Source: Lama guanicoe (Eukaryota). Taken from it: a stretch of DNA of 64,000 nt. The DNA lies in contig MU056134.1 in assembly GCA_013239625.1 (NCBI GenBank), positions 434,001 through 498,000 on the forward strand, read 5' to 3'. Below the pieces are notes generated by a model, which was given only the letters and a program-made list of their open reading frames with translations, was not told the origin of the DNA and ran no database searches. The position numbers and the translations under genes are program-made. Every line of letters starts with the position of its first letter. Within the stretch, counting starts at the first letter, position 1. Positions 10,700 through 56,700 of the stretch are shown in pieces.

Positions 10700-11420
10700 A
10701 CCCTCATCTCCCTGCCAAATCAACAAACTCACCTGCAACTATACTGTCTTCTCCTTCTTTCCTCTGTATCATGGGGGAAGGGCCCCCTCCTATCAGAGGC
10801 CAAAACCTCCACTGTGGCCATGGATCTCATCCCTCACTTCTTGGCATTCAGGACAAGGTCATAAATCCTAAATGTCTAGTTCCAGCCCGGTCCTCTCCTC
10901 TGAACTCTAAGCTCATTTATCCAGCTGCCCATTTGCCATCTTCTCTTCAGTGTTTCATGGGCAAGACAAAAATCACAAAACAGAATTCCATTTTCCCACA
11001 AACCTCTTCCTCTCCCATTGTTCACCATCCACCAAGAAGTCATTCTTAGTTCCTCTCTTTCCCTCACCACCCTGCCCTGCCATCCAATCGGTCCTGCGAT
11101 CACGTTTGTCACCACCATCTCCTGCCTGAACCACTGCAACAGCCATTTCTTAATGCCAATAATCTTTCTACTTCCACTGTTGCCCTACTGCCCACTGAAG
11201 CCTTACAGTGGCTACAAGGCCCTGCATGCTCTCGCTCCTGCCAGTTTCTCCATCTTGCTCACTAGGCTTCAGCCACCTATATTCTAATAGTTCCTAAACA
11301 TCCCAAGCTCCTGTCAACCTCCACTTCAGCTCTTGTCGGTCCTTCTATCCAAGCTCTCTTGGCTGGCACCTCTCTTCTGATTTCAGCTTAAATCACCTCT
11401 AAGAGCCATCCCAGAACATT
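10700..11420 (-). mobile_element. L2 LINE fragment
   Basis: L2-like pyrimidine-rich motifs (CTCTGAACTC..TATCCAGCTGCC, CACCACCATCTCCTGCCTGAACCACTGCAACAGCC, CTACAAGGCCCTGCATG). Confidence 0.6.
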
Positions 11421-13866
11421 CTCTATAGAGCAGTACCTATACCTCCCTACAGTAAGCATAAGCAACTACTTTAAGCTAGGACAGACCAGAAACGAGGCCA
11501 GATCAGAAAGCCACCACTTGTTTGTCCCTCCACAGAAGACTAACTGCTGGAGTCAGCATTAGGATTAGCTGGGGTAAAGGGGAGAGAGATTAGTTGAGAA
11601 GTCAGAATTGCCTTACCCTCACCTCGTCAGTTCAGGAATTTAGTTTTCTAGTCTTTTCAACAAAATTGGAAATTACGGGAAAATGGGACAGGGAGGCCAG
11701 GTAGGAAGGCAAGCCACAATCTGATCTGCCTTGGTCCCAGCTGCCAAAATCTGCTCTGGAGAAACCGGGGGAAAAGCCCTGCTTTTTTTCAAGCTGGAAC
11801 CAGGTAACCCTCCTCCCCAGCTCCTTCCACATGTTTACTCTCTCATCTTTTGTCCGAACTTAACTTCAAGCTTTCCTCAAAACCCAGTCTTCCTGGACTA
11901 CTTTTCATCTTGGCTCAAGCAACTTATCCAGTTATTAAGCTGAAGATTTTCAAAACTCTACTTTTAGTCTTCTCTCGACAGCTGGGTGCTAGGGAATAAT
12001 ACATTATCCTTGCCTTAGAGCCTCAGAATTCCCCATTAGACCATTAAAGATAAACCTAAACAAATAACTACGATGCAAGTCATACACGCCACATGGCATG
12101 AGTGATATAAACAAACTGTAGGAATCACTTTTCATTTTCATTGTCGAGAATGGCTTCACAGGTGGCTTTGAAGCAAGGTATTGTAGGATAAAACAGTGAA
12201 GATAGAACAAGATAGACTATTGAGGTTAGAAGTAATCTGAGATCACCTAGCCCCCATACCATATATAGATATTCTAAGATGCTCAACAGATTATAGAGTG
12301 CACTTTGTGGGCTAGAGGGGTCAGAGAACTAGTTGGCAAGTTTCTTTTGATATGGTAAAGTGTGTTGCATTTTCAGAAATGCAAGAGGCAGAAAGAAGCA
12401 TGTAAAAATCTAGAGGACATGAAAGATGTCAATAATGTTTTGGGGGTGGTAAATGGACAGTGTTTGCCTTATTTTCTAGTTTTCTTGTGATGATCCATGT
12501 AAAGCTTTTACAATATAAAAGAACAAAACTCATTTTGAAACTTTACTACCCAGCAGCAGTCTATCACCAGTGGATGGCAGCCCAAGAGCATCCCTTTTTC
12601 ATCTGCAAGGTACTCTGTGCTGTAATGTTAAACCCCTTAAGTTTAGGCAGCACATGCTGATGATTTCAAGTTTCTTAAAGGGGAATTCTCTGGAGGCACT
12701 TAAAGCAGCCTCCAGCAGTGATGGGAAAGCAATTCCACCATGTAAACAATGACCATCCTCCAACCCAGGTGACCAAGTCCAGTTCCCAAACTCTTGTCCC
12801 AACATTCATCCTGTGCACTGCAGCTTCTAGAATTATATGTTCTCATTACACATTCTCAGTATCTTCCATACCAACAGGACAGTAAATTCCATCTCTGTGT
12901 ATGAAGGCAAGCCCTCTACATCTTCCTTTATCAGTACGTCCTATGGGAGAACAGATTTTGACACATACATTCTTAGCTTCAAAAATGTCAAAGAGCCTTT
13001 ACCCTGAATCAGTGGTTCCCAGACTGGAGCCTCTTAACTAATATACAAAAACAAAAACAAAAGTCAGCAATGAGCTGTTCAAACTTAAACAGCACAGATT
13101 CAGTATCAACTCACTATGGTGAGGGTGTTTATACCACACTGACTGGATGCTCTAACTAGCAGTAAACCCAAAGGCACATACGTGGTAGCAAGAAGGTAAT
13201 GGGGTGCTAGGGTGTAAAGGTGTGTGTGTGAGGAGAAAAAGAGAATGCCTCAAAATCAAGGAGACATTAGAAAACTGCCTGTACACATTCCACCACAGAT
13301 GCAAGCCCTCTGTACCACACTCAACAGTTTAATGTTCTTTCAATCTGGGGGGCCATTTCTGCCACTCTCAAGTCTCCTCTGTGTTCCTCTCCAAACCTGG
13401 CTCACACAAGTGAGCAACACACACACCACAGTTCAGAAAGTCAACAGGGTAGCATTAGGAGCCCACAAGTGATAAAGCCTGGGGTCTGTTCCAGCTCTGC
13501 CACCATAGGCAGTGGCGGTATTCTCAAATCACTTAGCCCTGGTAGAACCCACTCACCTTCGCTGAAATGAGTGGTTTTCAAATTACAATCAAAGAAATTC
13601 TTCAGACACTGCAGGGAAGAGGTAGGGGTGGGATTTGTGAGAGGCTGAGAGGCCAGGGCTCTGAGGCCCCCTACCCCTGCCCAAATGTTTTACTGTTAGC
13701 CATGTTTTACTAAAATGCCATCTAAACAAAGACTTCTAAAACAAAGTTGGGGCCTCTGAAAATCAGCTAATCCAATCTCATCTCCAGATTTAATCATCCC
13801 AGGACCAAGCTAACATTTACATTAACATTCACAGAGCACCTTCTAAGTATTAATGGGGAGTATTTA

Positions 13867-13997
13867 GGGGGACGGTATAGCTGAAGCAGTAGAGTGCATG
13901 CTTAGCACACACAAGGTTCTGGGTTCAATCCCCAGCACCTCCTCTAAAAATAAATAAATAGATCTAATTACCTCCCCCTAACCCCGCCCACAAAAAA
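13867..13997 (+). mobile_element. tRNA-derived SINE (camelid Vic-1-like)
   Basis: GGGGG..GGTATAGCT..AGTAGAGTGCATGCTTAGCA..GGTTCAATCCCCAGCACCTCC; A/B boxes; A-rich tail. Confidence 0.8.
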
Positions 13998-14876
13998 TGC
14001 CTTACCTAACACTTTGCACCAATTCTAGATGAGTATTAGTTCTGTGTTTTTAGTTGCATTAGTTGTACAGTTAGAGAAACTAAGGCTTAGATGGGTAAAA
14101 TGACTTATCCAGTCACAAATGAGGAAATGGACGTGAGGATTTGAAGCCAACTATTCATGTCTCCGAAGTACTTGCTCTTCCTTCTATACTGCCTGTCTTT
14201 CCCACCATATTAACTGCACCTTTTGAACTGCTCAAAGTTCCCCTGGATGGTTTCACAAAGAGTCAAAACTGCTTCTTACCAGAAACAGTTGGTACCGCTG
14301 TTTTCCACTCACAGACCTAGACACTAGGGCTGTGGTGGGAGGCGGGGAGGGCAGTGATGACATGGGACATGAGGCATAGAGCCTTTTTCCAGGCTTGCCA
14401 TTTCCCATTAATCACGTTCACTTTTTCAATCTCATTCCTTAAGTTTTCTAGATCATGCAAAGGTCTATTCTCTTCTCCCTCTTTTACCTTCTCCAGAAGT
14501 CTACATTTCCATGCAGACTAAATCAAAGGCTTCGTACTTCAAATCAAGTTCTGACCAATGGCAGGTGAGTATGAAAGTACACTTCTCAGTCTTCTCTCAT
14601 TTCTCCTCCAAACAGTTCTGTGACAAATAGTCATACGTATGTACTCACCCCCTTTATTCCTCTACAACTCCCAACCCTGGATCCCCTTCTTAAATTACAC
14701 ACTTTGTACTGTATTTCTGGATGAATTCTCAAGGGTAGAAGGAGAGAGAGTAAAGAATAGGAAGCAGAGTCTAAAGGGAAACGTTATACCAAACATGCAT
14801 CCTGAGACACTCTCCCTCCAGGGCCTTTAAAGCAGTACAAACCCGAGACATGAGTGATGGTTAAAAAAATTTGGGT

Positions 14877-14882
14877 TTTATT
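14877..14882 (-). terminator. LSM12 polyadenylation signal (3' UTR about 14860-16411)
   Basis: AATAAA on minus strand at the end of an AT-rich UTR segment. Confidence 0.7.
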
Positions 14883-16411
14883 GTTTTTGCTAAACAATAC
14901 TAAAAAAAAAAAAATTTCATTTTGAAGGCAGGGCTTGAATTATTTAATTTTGATCCATTTATTTAATTAAAAAAAAAAGGAAGGGGAAAGAGATCATGGC
15001 CAAAATAATAGTAGTTAATCCCCACCCCACCCCCGAAGCTCTAGCCAGTCACATGAGCATCACCCACTCCCACACAGTGCCTGATATTCAGAGGGTGGCA
15101 CACTCTACCCCACTGGACTGCCTTGAAGGCACAGGGGTAACAGGTGCCAGTTTTAGCTCTCAGCAGGTTAGTCAAACCAGACAAACTGGTGGGCTAAAGT
15201 CCAGAAATTCTTCCCAGGTTTTCTGCCCATTGGCTGAGCACATACAAACTGTCGTAAGCTTATACAATTTCAAGGGGTGGGGAAGGGCATAAGAGCAGGA
15301 GGTTGGCAGGAGAAGAAAAACAATAGGTCATCCAAGCTTCCTCCTGGGCTAGTGGCTCTGGATACAGACTTAAGAGAGGTTGGGATAGGTGGACTCCAGA
15401 TTTCTCATGAAAGAAAACCATCCCTCGAGGAGGAGCTGAGATGTGCCGTGCAAAATAGTTCTTCCTGCAGAGGGCACAGGAGAAAGGGCAGTTGATGCTC
15501 CTGTCTAGGAGACAGGAGAGTGATGAGGAGGTTCTTCTAGTACCATGAAGTAAGACAAAGGCAGAGGGAGAATCCTGAGGTTTTGGCCAAATGTGAGACG
15601 GTACACACACAGTTCAAGACTAAAAAGCCACCAGGAACCCTCAAAGCCAGATCCCATCCGCATACACTGGCTCTACAAAGTGCTGCAGAGGATTCTCGCT
15701 GTGAACTAAGTCAGGTTAGTTGTCTGGCTATGGGTGGTGGGGAGGGCAATAAATTTTTATTTTCAGAGGAATGAGGTGGGAAGAGNNNNNNNNNNNNNNN
15801 NNNNNNNNNNNNNNNNNNNNNNNNNNNNNNNNNNNNNNNNNNNNNNNNNNNNNNNNNNNNNNNNNNNNNNNNNNNNNNNNNNNNNNNNNNNNNNNNNNNN
15901 NNNNNNNNNNNNNNNNNNNNNNNNNNNNNNNNNNNNNNNTCTGTCTGCTGCTCTAGTCTCAACTTAAGTATCACAGTCAGCTTGTTACTTTTATTTTGGA
16001 AGAGAAGATGTAAAAGTTTCTTTCAATCACTTAGAAGGCAAGTGTAGCCACTTATAAAAACAGAATGGCAGAGACAGACTGGGAAAGGAAAGTCAGAGGT
16101 AAAAGGGCAGAGCAGAAAAGGAATATTCAAAAATAAAATTAACAAGGTGACTGTTCCAGAAGGGAGCTGTGAAAAGGACATGGTGGACCAAAGTCTGTTA
16201 GTCAAGTAATGATTCAACTTTTAAATTATTCTCTTGTTCTTTTGTTGGGTGTTTTTTTTTGTTCAAGTCTAAGATTTGGAAATGCCGACCCTCTGTTAAC
16301 AAGAGCCAACAGGAAATATAGGATCCCTTCCCTCCCCTGGCCTGCCTCCGCTGAAGCCACCACCATCGCCTCCTTGGCTGGATGCTGGAAGAGTCCTCCA
16401 TATGTGTGGAC

Positions 16412-33577
<17,166 letters not shown>

Positions 33578-35879
33578 ACGGGGCGTGCTGACGTCACGCT
33601 CCGGGGCGTGGCCTGGGGCTGGGTGGGGCGGGAGCCTAGGTGGTACAGTAAAGAAGAGGAAATAAAGGGGAATCTGAATAATTGTGTTTGTGCAGCTATG
33701 CCCGCTTAGTAAGGTGCTTGCATGGTCCATTTTAGAAGTTAAAGATAAATGACCTACGTGGAATGAAAAAGAGGAGAAAGGAAATGCAGTCTCCATTACA
33801 TGCACCCCTTGCTTGACACACGAATTTAATGAATGAACTCTATCATTTTACATATGAGGAATCCGAGCTCCAGAGGACTTAATGAAACTTGCTCAAAACG
33901 ATTATACCTAATTACAAATTGGTAATGGAAACAACATTGGCCGTAGAATTAGCCAAACCGGAACTGGGATCCCACTAAGTTGTATGACCTTGAGCAAATT
34001 ACTAAACCTGATCCTGTTTCTTTACTCCTTCTCTATTATCACTACTGAGCATCCAACAACCCTTCGAAGTGGGAATCAATATCCTCATTTAACAGATGGA
34101 GAAACTAAATCTTAGACTAAACTTTGTCCAGGGTCGCTCATCTAACAAGGATTCAGTCTACCTGTTTCCAAAGACGCTGAGCTGCTATTTACTGCTCTGC
34201 TATATTAGGTAATACTTGATAGAGTACTTAGGTTATATGAGATAATGTGTACAAATGCATGGCATTTAGTAGATCTTTAATAAATGGTACTTCCTGTGTT
34301 ATCACCTATCACCCTTGGAACTCAGGATGCTTCCCCATCTTGCCCTTTTCTCTAGAAAACAAGGCAAAGGGCTATACTGAGGAGCAGTGGCAGTGACAAA
34401 GGAATTTTGGGCCCCCCATTAATAACCATCTTGTATACAAAACAGTCTTCTTAAGGTGTAAGTACTATGCAGATGCATTTTCAAGCACGACCATCACCAA
34501 TTGCTATCCCTAACCCACCTACCCTTCCACTGTAGAAATTCTAGAGCCTCCTGTATGAATAACAACAGGTTGATCTTTCTCTAGTTCAGAGGGAGGCAAT
34601 GGGCCAGTCCTGGCACTACTTAACCTGAACAATTTCAAAAGTGTTTCCTTGCCTTGCAAGAGACATTAACTTCCTAATGTTCGGCCAATATTAGTACAAT
34701 CACTGTAATAGAAATAAGCATTCTGCTCCCTCATACTTCAATTCTTTCAGAGAACTTTCCTGTCTCCCCCATAACAAATCATAGGTAACTGGCACTCCAC
34801 TTTTTATATGGCATTGTAATTATAGGTTTTCATATATGACTGCCAGGCACTCTTAGGAAAAGCTTCCTGAAGGAAGTGAAAAATCTGAGATGTGAGGACA
34901 AAGAGGGAAAGAGTGTCCATGTTCCAGGCAGAGGGAACCACACATGTCAGGATCCCTAAAAGGAGAGAGACTTGGTAATTTAAGGGATGATAAAGTAGCT
35001 CAGAAATATTATGAAACAGAGTGTGGGAGTGGGCTATTGTTTGTCTGGCTAGAACCCAAGCAAACTTTCAAAGCCTTAGAAAATTTAGGCTTTTACCCTG
35101 GGGCAATTGAAAAACACTTAGCAAGGGAGTGAAATGAGATTTTTATCCAGCTTCCTTCCCCCACACCTTTTTAATCAGTGAAATTAATCTCTTAACAAGA
35201 AGAGCCCAGATTTACAGTCTCATTTTCACCCCTCAAAAAACTCTCCAAGAACAAAATTGCTTGAGATAGGAACTGGGGAGCCACTTCAACAGTCTCCTCC
35301 TACCACTCCTCTGCCTCTAGGCAGGACCTCACCTAGGAGAGCTGAGATTTCTATTTTCTGCGTGTGTTCCTCCAGAGAATTATTCCAGATTTTGTCGTGG
35401 GTGTTTGCCCCTCCTCTTCCCGTACTAACTCAGCTACTACCTCATGATTTATCTGCCCAGCGGGGTTTTGGAAGAGAGGTAACGGAAGGAGATGGACAAG
35501 GCAACCTTAGAACTGGGAGGAAGTGACTTAGACTGTGCTATATGTAAGAACTCTCAAGTCTTCAGGGAAGACTCCTCAAAAATCAAGAGCCTTATTTGTC
35601 AGCCTCCAAATCAACAGCGAATGAATTCGGGCGAGAGAGTCTTGGGCTAGGGGAGGAAGGCATGGACCAATGAGTTGTGTGTGCAAACTTATTAGAGTCC
35701 GGCTTCCGCGTGGACCCGTGATTCCTGGCTCCCGGGAGCAGGGGTTGTTCCTAGCTCTCTCTCCAAGAGATTTCGAAATATCTTTGGAAGGTAGCGGTAC
35801 TGAAGGAGAAAGGTCTGGTCTGGAAGGAATCCTGGCCCTGGAGATTACATATCTATCTTCACGACAGCAAAGGAAGAAC

Positions 35880-36277
35880 TCTTGACGCGCCGCCGATCCT
35901 CAGATTAGTCTGTCCCTTGACCCGGAACAGCAGCAGGAGCCGCCTCTACACCCGATGCCCACGTGCCGGCAACAGCAGCCACGTGGGGCTCTACGGAAAC
36001 GCCTTCGCAAAGATTTGTCCCCTGCGCTGCCCAGTAGAAAGGAAGGCCGGGGAGGAGCTCAGGAGGAAACGGTACCGGGTGGGAGGCCCGGCTCACCCTA
36101 GCCTGGGACTGCCGGGGGCGGGGTAAGGGGCGGGGTTTCGCCGGCCGCAGTTGTGGGGCGGGGTCTCTACTTGGACGGGTGGGCTTTAGAGGGCAGTGAG
36201 TAGCAGCTTCCTTGTCTCCTGGGCTCCTCATCTTCCGCCCTAGATCAAACGCTGGCCGGGTCGGCTTCTGGGTCGCC
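35880..36277 (+). promoter_or_regulatory. G6PC3 CpG-island promoter / 5' UTR
   Basis: CpG-rich; three GGGGCGGGG boxes at about 36115-36163; CCGGAA ETS site; CACGTG E-boxes. Confidence 0.75.
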
Positions 36278-40375
<4,098 letters not shown>

Positions 40376-40647
40376 CTTGAGGTGCATCCTACTGCCACAT
40401 TCCCTCTCACAAGGCCAACACTCCGTGACCTCCATACTCCAGGAGGCAGCCCGTCCCCTTCCAGCTTCCAACAAGCCCTGCTCATCTTGAATTTTCCACT
40501 TCTCCCACCACCTGTCTTAGCCCCAAAGAAGGGCCTTCTATCTCCCAGGAAGACTGGTCCTCTTTCCTGTCCCAAGTCCCCAAAGAGCAAAGGCAACAGT
40601 AAGACCAGCGGGTTCCTGAAACACTGTGAGGGGCTCAGAGCAGCCCC

Positions 40648-40653
40648 AATAAA
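40648..40653 (+). terminator. G6PC3 polyadenylation signal
   Basis: AATAAA about 270 nt after the stop codon. Confidence 0.75.
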
Positions 40654-41082
40654 GCCCTTCAACACCTCTGGCCTCCTCTCTTGCCTCTGTGCCAATCTCC
40701 ACTGGACTTGCCTGTGTGGGTGTTAATTGGAACCCTTGCCAGGCCGCCTGTTCTACACCCGCTCCAGCCCTGTTCCCACAGAGGTAAAGTCAAAAGGAAA
40801 AAAGAGACCTTCAGCTCTGGGCCCCCTACCCACCATCACCACTTAGGCCACACAGAGGTCCCAGGAGATGCTGTGGCTATGTTCAGTGAAACCTTGTTCT
40901 TAACCTACTGGACAGAGATCCCGTTCCCCCGACCCCAGCCTCTTGTTTCCTATATCAGCTAGTCCAAGGGCTGGAGAAAAGAAAAGCAGATTTTTTGGCC
41001 AGGAGGGGGAATGAGAGCCTCTACTCCATTTGGGAGCCCAGAGAACAGAGACACGGCCCCAGAAGGCACTGCCAGGAACAAG

Positions 41083-41088
41083 TTTATT
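41083..41088 (-). terminator. HDAC5 distal polyadenylation signal
   Basis: AATAAA on minus strand about 1.6 kb after the stop codon. Confidence 0.7.
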
Positions 41089-42639
41089 TACACAAGGACA
41101 CACAGTATAACAGGTTACAAAAAGACTTTACTGAAATCCATGTCCAGGGAGACAAAGCAAGGAGTGGGTTTACATGAAAACCAGACTAGCCATGGGGAGA
41201 GGAAGGGGTAAGGGGCCCAGAGCTGGGGCTCAGCATGGGAAGGCCTGGTACACTGGGCCCAGCCCCAGCCCCCAGGAGGCTCTAGAACACACAAGACATA
41301 AGCGCACGATGAACCAAACGGTGGTGGTGGTAGTGGGACTCCTGCCCTCCCCTGGTTCCCTCAACCCTGCTCAGGCCCCCAGCAGGATAATAAATATGTA
41401 AACAAATTGGTGGGGCCCTGGGGATGGGAGGAAAGAAAGTATAAGTGGTATTGGGAAGAAAGAGGGAGGAAGACTCAGCCCCCTAGGAACTGCTTCCCAT
41501 CTTTGGTTTCCCACAGGCTGGATAGCATTCTCTAGAAGCCTTGAGGGCTCCCAGCCCCGGAAACAAGTCGGCTAGGCTGCGCTCCTGGGAAAAAGAAAGG
41601 GCAGCACCCAGCCCCATCCTGGTCTTAGTTCCTTTGGGGTAGTGGCCCAGAAAGGAAGCCCAGGAGGAAGGGAAGCTATAACTGAGGGCAGACTCCTGGG
41701 TTCTGGCCCTGCCCCTTCTGGACCCCCCACTCTCACCATCCCCAGGCTTCGAAGCCAAAGGCCCAGGAGGGAGGTGGGCCACTGACCCTTCTGCTGGCAG
41801 CATTCTGGGTGTCTGGGGAAATGTGGTCCTGAACAGCAGGGGGGCTCTCACTAGCCTGGAGCCCCCCTGCAGGGACCACCGTCTCCCCCTTCCCAGGCTG
41901 TGCCAGCAGAAGGGCAGGAAGGCCGACAGAGTAAGATGGAGAGCAGGCCTGGTTCCTTGGCTCCTCAGAACCCAAGAGTCCAGTCCCATTCCCTCCCCAC
42001 ACTTTCACCCTCTCCAGCCTCTGAGAAGGGGAAATAGGCCCTGAGGAGTGTCAGGCAAGACAGCCCTGCCCACAGACCTCAGGCACACATCCTCACATCC
42101 GAGAGCACAAACCTTCCCTTCAGTGCTGAGGGCAGGAGAAAGGGGTCTGTGTGGAGATGGTGGGGACAACAGGGGAAAAGGGTGAGCATCGCAGGGCAGG
42201 AGCCCACCTCCCCTCCACTCTACCTTTAGACTGTAAAGGGACCCTCCAGATCCTCCCCTGGGGCTGGAGAGGGGAGGAGGGTGAAATTAAGGCATTTCCC
42301 CCCAAGTCAGCTGAAGCCAAGGCACCGAACTTCCTGTTCCCTCTTCACTCAGAGACCCCAGAACCAAAAGGTACTGTCTAGGCCCTGAAGCCCACCTTGA
42401 GCTGGCCCACGCTCCAAGGGGGACAAGGACAGAATGCAGGAAGTAGGTGTGGGATACGAGGGGGAAGGGCTGGAGAGGGTACCCCCACCACCACCCCCAC
42501 GCCCTACAGAGGGAGCAAACTTCTAGAACTGAGACGTGGGCCACGGAGGCAAGGGGAGCCTGAGGCAGCTTAGAGGAGCAGGAGGGGCGAGGCTGAGAGA
42601 CCCACACAGCACTCGTTGTTGAATGTGTGACTTTTTGTT

Positions 42640-42645
42640 TTTAAT
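42640..42645 (-). terminator. HDAC5 proximal polyadenylation signal
   Basis: ATTAAA on minus strand about 55 nt after the stop codon. Confidence 0.5.
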
Positions 42646-42700
42646 AGAAAAAATAAACAAAATCACAATGATGAAGCCCAGAGGGATGGGGGCCAGGGCG

Positions 42701-53720
<11,020 letters not shown>

Positions 53721-56700
53721 CTGCAAGAAGAGACAGGAAGGGGTCAGAGGGCCCAATCCCAGACCCCATCAGGCCCTGGTAGCCATGCCTGGGGCCCAGA
53801 AAGCTACCAGGCAGTACTAGACCCAAAGCTAATAGAAGGGGTGGGGGAGTCAAATCGCCAGCTCAGTGGATACAGCCTTCAGCTTTAATTAAATGAGCCC
53901 CAAGCCATGAACCTCAATAAGAAAACGTACATGAGCAAAGCAGGGTACCTGGAAAACTGAGTGCTCAACACATAATATTGTCATTGATAGTTAAGGCCCC
54001 AGGGCATTTTATGTGAATTGCTTTAGTGATAAGGAAACTGAGGTTCAGAGAAATTGAAGTAACACGACCAAAGGCATACAGCCAGGTGATCCATGAACAA
54101 AGTGTGAATCCAAATCCTGTGCTTTTAACCACTGTCCTTCCTGTGCCTCCTCCCCTACCTCTCAACACCACATACTCCCTGCCAAGCAGCCTATACCAGA
54201 GGAGAAACTGAGGCACAGAGGTTGGTTCTAGAACTGATGGGGCTGGCAGCCAGGGGTCTCAGTATGCCTAGGAGAGGCCAGTGAGGACCTCTGGACATCC
54301 CTATCCGGTCCCCTTTCCTCTGCCCCACACCCAGCTGGGCAGATGGGGTGGAAGGGAGAGGCTATGGGTACAGGGAGTTGGGTGGGAGCAGGAGGCCGCA
54401 GAGAAAGGGGGTGCAGGGCTGCACCAAACCAGGGACGGGAGGGGGCNNNNNNNNNNNNNNNNNNNNNNNNNNNNNNNNNNNNNNNNNNNNNNNNNNNNNN
54501 NNNNNNNNNNNNNNNNNNNNNNNNNNNNNNNNNNNNNNNNNNNNNNNNNNNNNNNNNNNNNNNNNNNNNNNNNNNNNNNNNNNNNGGAGCTGAAGCAGAG
54601 ATCTCAGAACTTCAGTCCCAGGGAGAACCTGTTGGGAAGGGGAAAGGCTAGAAGTATCTGCTGGTCCCAAGAACTTGGGTCCAGGCCCCAATGTGGACAA
54701 TGGGCCGAGGGGCCCCAGGGAGTGGCAAAAGATTCCAATGGACTTATGGGAAGGATAGGTCTTGATCCCTGTACACTGTCCTCTGGTCACTGAATGTCAC
54801 TCCCCACCACTGCTCTGTAGTTGCCAGGGCAACTAGGCAAACACCACGCCAGCAGGGAGCCCCAAGCCCAGCCCACACCCCACAAAGCCTCCTGACGCCA
54901 GCAGGAAAGGGAAGGCAGACTACCCACTGCCTGGGAAGGAGGAAGTGAGAGAGGCAGGGCCAACCCATCATGTTTCTTTTCCATTTCTTTCTCCAAAGAA
55001 AGCCCTTACTTTCCCCACTCCAGCCCAGGGAGGCCACAGGAAGCTGGGAAGACTTTCCTGTGGCAAGGAGGCCTATTCCAACTGAGGCCTAGAGAAGGAA
55101 AGACCCCACCATCCTGATGGTTGCCAGTATCTCTGCCCTTGGGAGCGGGCCTCTGCCCAGGCCCCCGCTGCCATCCCTATCAGGAGTGGAGAGGCAGCTG
55201 GGAGAGGGAGCTGAGAGGGGGGCTAAGGACTGAGGTAAGAGGGGCTCCCATACCCACTGTAGCCTATGAGCCTGGATCTCCCCAGGGAGCCTACACTGAA
55301 TGAGTGTCACCAAGGCAGGGACAAGGTCTGCTGAAGGTCTACCCTCATGGTTGAATATGGCCCCTGGAACCCACTGGAGCTGGGAGTGGGGAGGTAGCCT
55401 GAGTATAATATCTCTCTCGCTCCCCACCAGCCCTTCTTCCCCCAGCACTGACGGGCACATTCCTCTGTGGTTTGCCCGCCAGCCACACTGACGACTCTGC
55501 AGCCACAAGGCCAGAGCCACATCTGCAGGAGTGGCCAGATGTGGCCAGGAGGGTGGGGTTACACACACAAACTCACTTTCCCTCCCACCCATGTCCTGCC
55601 CCAGCATTGGGAGGAATGGCCCTTGGAAACTGCAGAGGACCTTTCTGGAGGTGGCTGGCCCCGTCCACGATGCAAAGGCAGGGCGGCAGCAAGGAGCCAG
55701 CAGTCAGCCTTGGGTGTCCCCGGCCCTGGAAACGCTCAGCAAAGCCCCAGGCTGGCTGGAGAGTTATCTGTTCCTAGGAAAGGCTGGCTTGGCCCATGGC
55801 ACTCTGATTGCTCAGCCAAGAGATGGACAGGCTTCAACCTGCTGCTGCCGGCAGTGCCGGGGCTGCAGGAGCCGGATGCCAGCCCGCCCGCCCAGGGAAG
55901 GGCAGAGGTCCAAGCGCTCCTGGCTCCCGGCAGATAACCCTGCTTGGGCTGGAACTGCCGCCAGCGGTGCTGGCTTCCCTTGCAGGAGCCTTGCAGAGAG
56001 GGCACGGGCTTGGGTGAGGGGGACTCTCCCACCAGGGCTCCTGCACAGCTGCCACCACCGCCGCCGCCACCGCAGCAGAGATGCTAGGTCTCATGCCGCA
56101 TAAGAGCCGCAGCCCCATTGGTATGCAGGTGGTGGGGTGGCCAGCGGGCTCCTTGTTCCCACACAAGCAGGAAGCTCAGGCGACTGGAGAATATTAATCT
56201 GCAGGCCCTGTGGGGCCTGGACAGGATACGGCACCCCATGGGTCTGCCAGGTAGTAGCCTGGCTCCATTCAAGATGGAAGGGGCTATGGCTGGGCAGTAG
56301 GAGTCAGGGAACGGCTGGGGGCAGGCAGAGAGGACCCCAAACGTAGTTTTCTGGGCACAAAACCTAGAGCCTGGCTGGCCTGGCCATCCCTTGAGGATCT
56401 GTGCCCTCTGCCAGTGTGGCATGAGCAGAGCAGGTGGCAAGGGCTGCCAAGGGCCCCAAGCACCTGGAAGGGGAAATGGGTGTGTCATGACAGGAGGAGG
56501 CTCTTGACCGCCTCCTGGTGGAAAGGGAGGATAGTAGGCGGAAGGACACTGATCCCTAAGAGAAACAGGCTGGAGACTGGCTAGCAAAGGCCAGGGGAGG
56601 GGTCAGCGGGAGGGCATGGCCCTCCGCGGACCCCCTACCCCCATGCCTCCTCCAGACATGAACTGCAGGAAGCCAAGAGGAAGCCAGCAGAGGGACCTCC

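Noticed and set aside
13867-13945. tRNA-like sequences (also 28293 and 36814)
   Set aside because: Three diverged copies with A-rich tails and shared non-tRNA 3' parts; these are SINEs, not tRNA genes.
40653-41083. G6PC3-HDAC5 antisense overlap
   Set aside because: Convergent polyA signals are about 430 bp apart and do not overlap; this is the ordinary conserved arrangement.
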